Source: Wolbachia endosymbiont of Litomosoides sigmodontis
GTDB taxonomy: Bacteria > Pseudomonadota > Alphaproteobacteria > Rickettsiales > Anaplasmataceae
Direction of reading: 5' to 3'
DNA length: 32,000 nucleotides
Assembly (NCBI RefSeq): GCF_013365435.1
Contig: NZ_CP046577.1
Location: forward strand, 930,001 to 962,000
Made by a program: the position numbers and the translations under genes. Position 1 is the first letter of the stretch. Every line of letters starts with the position of its first letter. The notes below the pieces were generated by a model. It made no database searches. It was not told where the DNA came from and saw only the letters and a program-made list of their open reading frames with translations. Below, in pieces: positions 27,523 through 32,000 of the stretch.

Positions 27523-28293
27523 TTATGCATTATCCTTAACCTGTTCTGTTTGATAATTGCTATTATCTTCCCCAAGATTGACATTGGAATATTCTTCTTC
27601 ATCAACATACTCTTTCAGAACATACCCTCTGCCCCAAACAGTTTCTATGTGGCTTTTTCCATCATTTGCATTTTCAAGTTTCTTACGCAATTTACACATA
27701 AAGACATCAACTATCTTATTATCTGAAGGTTCATCTAATCCATTATAAAGATGATTTAAAAACATTTCTTTTGTTAGTACTGTTCCCTTGCGCAACGCCA
27801 GTAATTCTATCATAGAATATTCTTTATTAGTGAGGTGAACTGTTTTACCTTTTACCTCAACAACCCTATGATCGAAATTAATATTTATATTACCAATCTT
27901 TATCACTGATTCAGGATGGCCTTTAGTACGACGCACTATTGCTTTTATTCGAGCAAGTAGCTCACTTTTATGAAATGGCTTAGTTAAGTAGTCATCAGCA
28001 CCATATCCAAGCCCCTTAGCCTTATGATTAACAGCAGAAATACATGAAAGTATTAAGACAGGAACTTTAATTTTTGCACTTCTCAATCTTAACAAGATAT
28101 CATACCCATCAATATCTCCAGGTAAGTGTATATCCAGAATAACTAGATCATAGTGATCTCCATTTGAAGAAACCATGTTGTTGTTGTAGTCTTGTGCAGA
28201 AGTTACAACATCACAAAAGTGCCCATCAGACGTTAAAGCGTTAACTACAGTCTTTGCACTCACTTGATCATCTTCAATTAGTAATATACGCAT
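27523..28293 (-). CDS. ctrA: Cell-cycle response regulator CtrA (OmpR family)
   Basis: 256 aa, near-colinear with alphaproteobacterial CtrA: 'MRILLIEDD', 'GADDYLTKPFHKSELLARI', 'HLTNKEYSMIELLALRKGTVLTKEMFLNHLY', 'VDVFMCKLRKKL' and 'HIETVWGRGYVL'. It carries an acidic C-terminal extension. Confidence 0.9.
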   Translation of the reverse strand: MRILLIEDDQVSAKTVVNALTSDGHFCDVVTSAQDYNNNMVSSNGDHYDLVILDIHLPGDIDGYDILLRLRSAKIKVPVLILSCISAVNHKAKGLGYGADDYLTKPFHKSELLARIKAIVRRTKGHPESVIKIGNININFDHRVVEVKGKTVHLTNKEYSMIELLALRKGTVLTKEMFLNHLYNGLDEPSDNKIVDVFMCKLRKKLENANDGKSHIETVWGRGYVLKEYVDEEEYSNVNLGEDNSNYQTEQVKDNA

Positions 28294-28615
28294 ATTTTAT
28301 ACTCCGTAAATATTTTATAATTTTAGTAATATATATAACTAAGGAAAGTAACAAATCAAACTTTTATTAACAAACGGCCAAAATTATTAACAGTAAACAT
28401 ATCATTTCAAACTCATATCAATAGATCTTAAAATATAATAGATATAATATATATTATAAGAATAGTACTATTTTAGTAAACATTGAACTAAAGTCATTAC
28501 CACTAAAAGAACACTTAAGTTAATAAATATTAAACTATCTTATAACCTATATTATATTTTTAATTTACTTATTCTGTTATCCTAAAGTATAAGTAATACT
28601 TTTCAGGAATACTGT

Positions 28616-29596
28616 GTGACAATATCAATTTTAGGTGCTGGTGCATGGGGTACAGCAATTGCAAATTCACTGAGTGATAAGCAAGATGTAATTCTATGGA
28701 CTCGCAATAAAACCACATTTGAATCAATTAGCAAAACAAGAGAAAGCAACAAATTATTAGGCTGTCAAATCTCTGACAATGTATCAGTAAAATTTGCTAT
28801 TGAAGAAACAGTTAATGCTTCAGCAATGATCTTTGCCATTCCTACTCAGTCTCTGAGGAAAGTATGTCAGCAATTATACGATTGTAACTTGAAAAAAGAT
28901 GTAGCAATAATTTTAGCTTGTAAAGGGATAGAAAAATCTACGTTAAAACTACCAAGTGAAATAGTAAATGAAGTTTTACCTAACAATCCAGTTGCCATTT
29001 TCTCAGGTCCAAGCTTCGCTATAGAAGTTGCAAAAAAATTACCTTACTCAATGGTTCTTGCATGTCAAGATGACACATTAGGTTTAAAGCTAATATCAGA
29101 ACTACAACAGGAAAACATAAAATTGCATTTCAGTAACGATGTTATAGGGGTACAGATCTGTGCAGCACTAAAGAACGTTTTTGCTATAGCATGTGGAATT
29201 GTTCTGGGTAAAAAACTTGGATTTAATGCTCATGCAGCACTGATAACAAAAAGCATGAATGAAATAAAGACCTTATATCTAGCAAAAACAGATAGTGTTA
29301 TAAACATAGATACTTTACTTGGACCAGCATGTCTGGGCGACTTAATTATGACATGCACATCCTTGAATTCAAGAAACTTCTCCTTTGGGCTCAAAATAGG
29401 TAGTAGTAACAATAGCTTTGATGTTCAACAGACTCTATCAGAAGATAAGCCAGTGATTGAAGGTTTTAATACCGCTCAATCTGCATTTAATTTAGCAGAG
29501 AAACTAAAGATAAAAATGCCTATATGTGAAGCAGTGTATAGATTATTGTATGAAAATTCATCCATAGAGGATACCATTTTCGTTTTTGTAGGTTAA
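28616..29596 (+). CDS. gpsA: NAD(P)H-dependent glycerol-3-phosphate dehydrogenase
   Basis: 326 aa with a GTG start. Motifs are 'ISILGAGAWGTAIA', 'KGIE', 'SGPSFAIEVA' and 'NVFAIACGI'. Confidence 0.93.
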   Translation: MTISILGAGAWGTAIANSLSDKQDVILWTRNKTTFESISKTRESNKLLGCQISDNVSVKFAIEETVNASAMIFAIPTQSLRKVCQQLYDCNLKKDVAIILACKGIEKSTLKLPSEIVNEVLPNNPVAIFSGPSFAIEVAKKLPYSMVLACQDDTLGLKLISELQQENIKLHFSNDVIGVQICAALKNVFAIACGIVLGKKLGFNAHAALITKSMNEIKTLYLAKTDSVINIDTLLGPACLGDLIMTCTSLNSRNFSFGLKIGSSNNSFDVQQTLSEDKPVIEGFNTAQSAFNLAEKLKIKMPICEAVYRLLYENSSIEDTIFVFVG

Positions 29597-29615
29597 TTTT
29601 GTAGTTCGTTCTGCT

Positions 29616-30860
29616 GTGAAATTTTTATATAAATTAATATCAACATGGTGGCTATCTGGTACAGTAAAAAAAATGCCAGGTACTGTTGGCAGCTTAGCTA
29701 CTTATCCAATTATTCCCTTAGTACTAGGTAATAAAATTTTAGGCGCAGTAATTATCCTTTTCTTATTCTTGATTGGATTGTGGTCCACAGGTAATTACAT
29801 AAAACACTATCAGACCTCACATGATCCAAAAGAGGTAGTGATTGACGAAGTAGTTGGTCAATTGCTGACAACATTTCTAATTTCAGTATTACTAAACCAA
29901 GAGGTGAATTGCTCTTTATTGCTGTTGTGCTTTCTTCTTTTTAGGTTTTTTGATATAATAAAAACGTGGCCTATAAATTTGATCGATAAAAATATCAAAG
30001 GTTCTCTAGGAGTTATGCTAGATGATATTATAGCTGCAATTTTAGCCTGTATTCTTATAGGGGCTTTCTACTGTCTGTGTATGCGGGATAAGAAAATTTA
30101 TTATTCAAGCTTAGTTACTCAAAATCTAAAGGATTATATACTTTATGCAGCGGATTTATCTAAATGGGAAGTACATGATAAATTCGATAACGTTACATTC
30201 ACAATAAATGGTACTAGAGAGTCATTATTTAATTTTGTGTTTTGTGAAGATCAACGTACTGAGCTTTCTGTACAAAAAACTTTAGCTTATCTCAAAGCAA
30301 GAGATATAGAAGCAACATGGGTAATGAATTCGCATACAAAGACACAGGGCATTTTAGAAAAGTGTGGAATAAAACACGTTAGCACACCAAAAAAAGTTTT
30401 ACTTAATATGAAAAATTACTTCTTACCAGCTGATGTAGTTCCAGGCTTAAAGTTGAACGCCGTAACTAGTAGCACTCTCTTAGAACAGTTAGATTCATAT
30501 ACTTCTAAGATTTTTCACCATAGTACTGGAATTGTTAGTACATTTTTTCGTGGGTTATCAAGTTATGATGATAAAAATTCAAGGTTAAGATTTTTTCTTG
30601 TAACACTAGACAATGAAATTATTGGAACATGCGGCTTTTATACCCAAGACGGAATAGCAGGTTTTTATAGTGATGGAGTTTTGCCAATTTATAGAAATCG
30701 TGGGATAGGTACACAAATGGTTTTAGAAAGAATCAAAATAATTCAGCAGCTTGAATGCAAATATGTAGTAGCACATTGCATGAAACCTTCTATTAACCTT
30801 TATAAAAGACTGGGTTTTCAGATATTAGGCAATCTTTACTTGTACACTTCTTCAGCGTAA
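29616..30860 (+). CDS. pgpA: Phosphatidylglycerophosphatase A fused to a C-terminal GNAT-type acyl/acetyltransferase domain
   Basis: A 414-aa single ORF with a GTG start. Residues 1-155 are PgpA ('PGTVGSLATYPI', 'DPKEVVIDEVVGQ', 'FRFFDIIKTWPI', 'MLDDIIAAI'). Residues ~156-414 end in the GNAT motif A region 'LPIYRNRGIGTQMVLERI...YKRLGFQILG'. There is no stop between the two parts. Confidence 0.8.
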   Translation: MKFLYKLISTWWLSGTVKKMPGTVGSLATYPIIPLVLGNKILGAVIILFLFLIGLWSTGNYIKHYQTSHDPKEVVIDEVVGQLLTTFLISVLLNQEVNCSLLLLCFLLFRFFDIIKTWPINLIDKNIKGSLGVMLDDIIAAILACILIGAFYCLCMRDKKIYYSSLVTQNLKDYILYAADLSKWEVHDKFDNVTFTINGTRESLFNFVFCEDQRTELSVQKTLAYLKARDIEATWVMNSHTKTQGILEKCGIKHVSTPKKVLLNMKNYFLPADVVPGLKLNAVTSSTLLEQLDSYTSKIFHHSTGIVSTFFRGLSSYDDKNSRLRFFLVTLDNEIIGTCGFYTQDGIAGFYSDGVLPIYRNRGIGTQMVLERIKIIQQLECKYVVAHCMKPSINLYKRLGFQILGNLYLYTSSA

Positions 30861-30915
30861 CTTAACATACCCTTACCAAGGGGTTATAAATTTTTACGTC
30901 TGTTTTAAAGGTACT

Positions 30916-32000
30916 ATGTTTTTTCTGTACGAAGTAGTTTTATTATTAATTTTAATATTATTCTTTCTTTCTTATTCTAAATTGAAAGTGGATAATAAAA
31001 TTAAGAGTTTACAACATCAAAATATTATAATAAATAATTTAATTGATACTGTAGATGATGGTTTTTATATTTGGGATGCAAAAAAACGTATAGAAAAATT
31101 TTCTCCTAACTTATTGATTTTACTTAATACTGTTTTTTACTCATTTAATGAATTTGCAAATTTTTTCGAGCAATCGGAAAGCTTAATTAAAAATTTTACT
31201 GAGGCAAAGGAAATAAATAAATCTTTCACTTTGGATTTAAAGTCAAAAGACGGTGAAGTTTATTGTATGTGTTACGGAAGAAGCATAATAGACGATTCTA
31301 ACAAAGTGATTGGTGTGCTGTTGTGGATAAGAAATATTTCAGACTACAAGATAAAAGCTAATGCACTTGAATTAGAAAACAACAAACTCATACAAGAGAT
31401 AGAAAATTATAGAAATATTTTTAACTCTTTGCCATTTCCAATACTAAAATATAATGAGAATAAAAAAGTAAAGTTCTGTAACTTGTTTTATGATAAATAT
31501 ATAAATAGCTCTCAGAGATTAGCTGTAGTTAGTAGCGTCTATAACACAAAATCAGGAAAACATGTGATCACTTGTAAAAACGAACGCAAGGTTTTTGATT
31601 TTATAAAAATTCCAATACGAAGTTCCGGCAGTATGGTGATATATGGAAAAGATATTAGTGATGCAGAGGGGTTGCGCGCTGAATTAGACAGCTACCTGGC
31701 TACACAGAAAAATTTACTTGAGGAATTACCAATTGCTATCGCAATATATAGTAAGAATCAAAAACTAAAATTCTACAATAACGCTTTTGTAAAAAGCTTC
31801 CAACTTGATACAAAATTTTTGATATCTTATCCAACTTATCATGAAATTATGCTTTATCTATTCGAATCTAAAAAGCTTTTAGAAAAAGAAAATTTCCAAA
31901 CCATTAGTAACCAAAGGCATGAGTTGTTTAAAAAATTATTTGGACCACATAATGATACAATCCATCTCACAAACGGAAAAATATTCAGAATACTAACGAT
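30916..32000 (+). CDS. Membrane-anchored PAS-domain sensor protein, N-terminal part (probable sensor histidine kinase; 3' end lies outside the window)
   Basis: Frame 1 is open from ATG 30916 to the window end. This ORF is absent from the supplied track because it has no stop in the window. It has an N-terminal TM 'FFLYEVVLLLILILFFLSY', a coiled-coil 'ALELENNKLIQEIENYRNIF', and repeated PAS-like starts 'LPFPILKYNENKKVKFCNLFY' and 'LPIAIAIYSKNQKLKFYNNAFVKSF'. The kinase core is not visible, so the family call is an inference. Confidence 0.6.
   Translation, partial: MFFLYEVVLLLILILFFLSYSKLKVDNKIKSLQHQNIIINNLIDTVDDGFYIWDAKKRIEKFSPNLLILLNTVFYSFNEFANFFEQSESLIKNFTEAKEINKSFTLDLKSKDGEVYCMCYGRSIIDDSNKVIGVLLWIRNISDYKIKANALELENNKLIQEIENYRNIFNSLPFPILKYNENKKVKFCNLFYDKYINSSQRLAVVSSVYNTKSGKHVITCKNERKVFDFIKIPIRSSGSMVIYGKDISDAEGLRAELDSYLATQKNLLEELPIAIAIYSKNQKLKFYNNAFVKSFQLDTKFLISYPTYHEIMLYLFESKKLLEKENFQTISNQRHELFKKLFGPHNDTIHLTNGKIFRILT

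Noticed and set aside
27481-27748. Plus-strand ORFs 27481-27726 and 27557-27748.
   Set aside because: They are antisense to the 3' end of ctrA, whose identity is unambiguous.
28294-28615. CtrA boxes (TTAA-N7-TTAA) searched for in the 322-bp ctrA-gpsA divergent promoter region as a sign of autoregulation.
   Set aside because: A manual scan found no perfect match, only one near-match (TTAA-TAAATAT-TAAA at 28521-28535). In DNA this AT-rich such half-matches are expected by chance.

Overview
This is a strongly AT-rich window whose gene content and order fit a Wolbachia-like Anaplasmataceae (Rickettsiales) chromosome; that assignment is an inference from protein signatures, since no database search was possible. 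Housekeeping content is the 3' part of polA, rpsA-ihfB, sdhE, rseP-bamA-skp-fabZ with no lpx genes, a 1104-aa GltD/FNR-type oxidoreductase, tRNA-Ala(UGC), rpe, tpiA, ispDF, RNase P RNA, ctrA, gpsA, a pgpA-GNAT fusion ORF and the 5' part of a PAS sensor kinase. Six ~1.0-1.1 kb copies and four fragments of one IS630-family element are interleaved with these genes and make up roughly a fifth of the window. All copies are riddled with stop codons, and every terminus abuts a TA dinucleotide. Points worth a second look: (1) two inverted IS composites bracket a 1.67-kb segment encoding an orphan coiled-coil protein with a bilobed hydrophobic hairpin, which is the best candidate here for something undescribed. 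(2) Short palindromic elements are inserted in frame, in the same reading frame, in two unrelated enzymes (the oxidoreductase and IspDF). (3) A lipB pseudogene is split by an IS copy. (4) PolA motif C reads HNE instead of HDE. (5) A nearly identical inverted IS pair flanks tRNA-Ala. (6) The oxidoreductase appears 3'-truncated next to IS debris. (7) A decayed Thr-rich repeat membrane protein gene is cut by an IS copy. (8) pgpA and a GNAT domain form one ORF. I found no CRISPR array and no recognisable defence, toxin-antitoxin or secretion-system operon. Apart from the IS-associated regions, the window is ordinary core genome.
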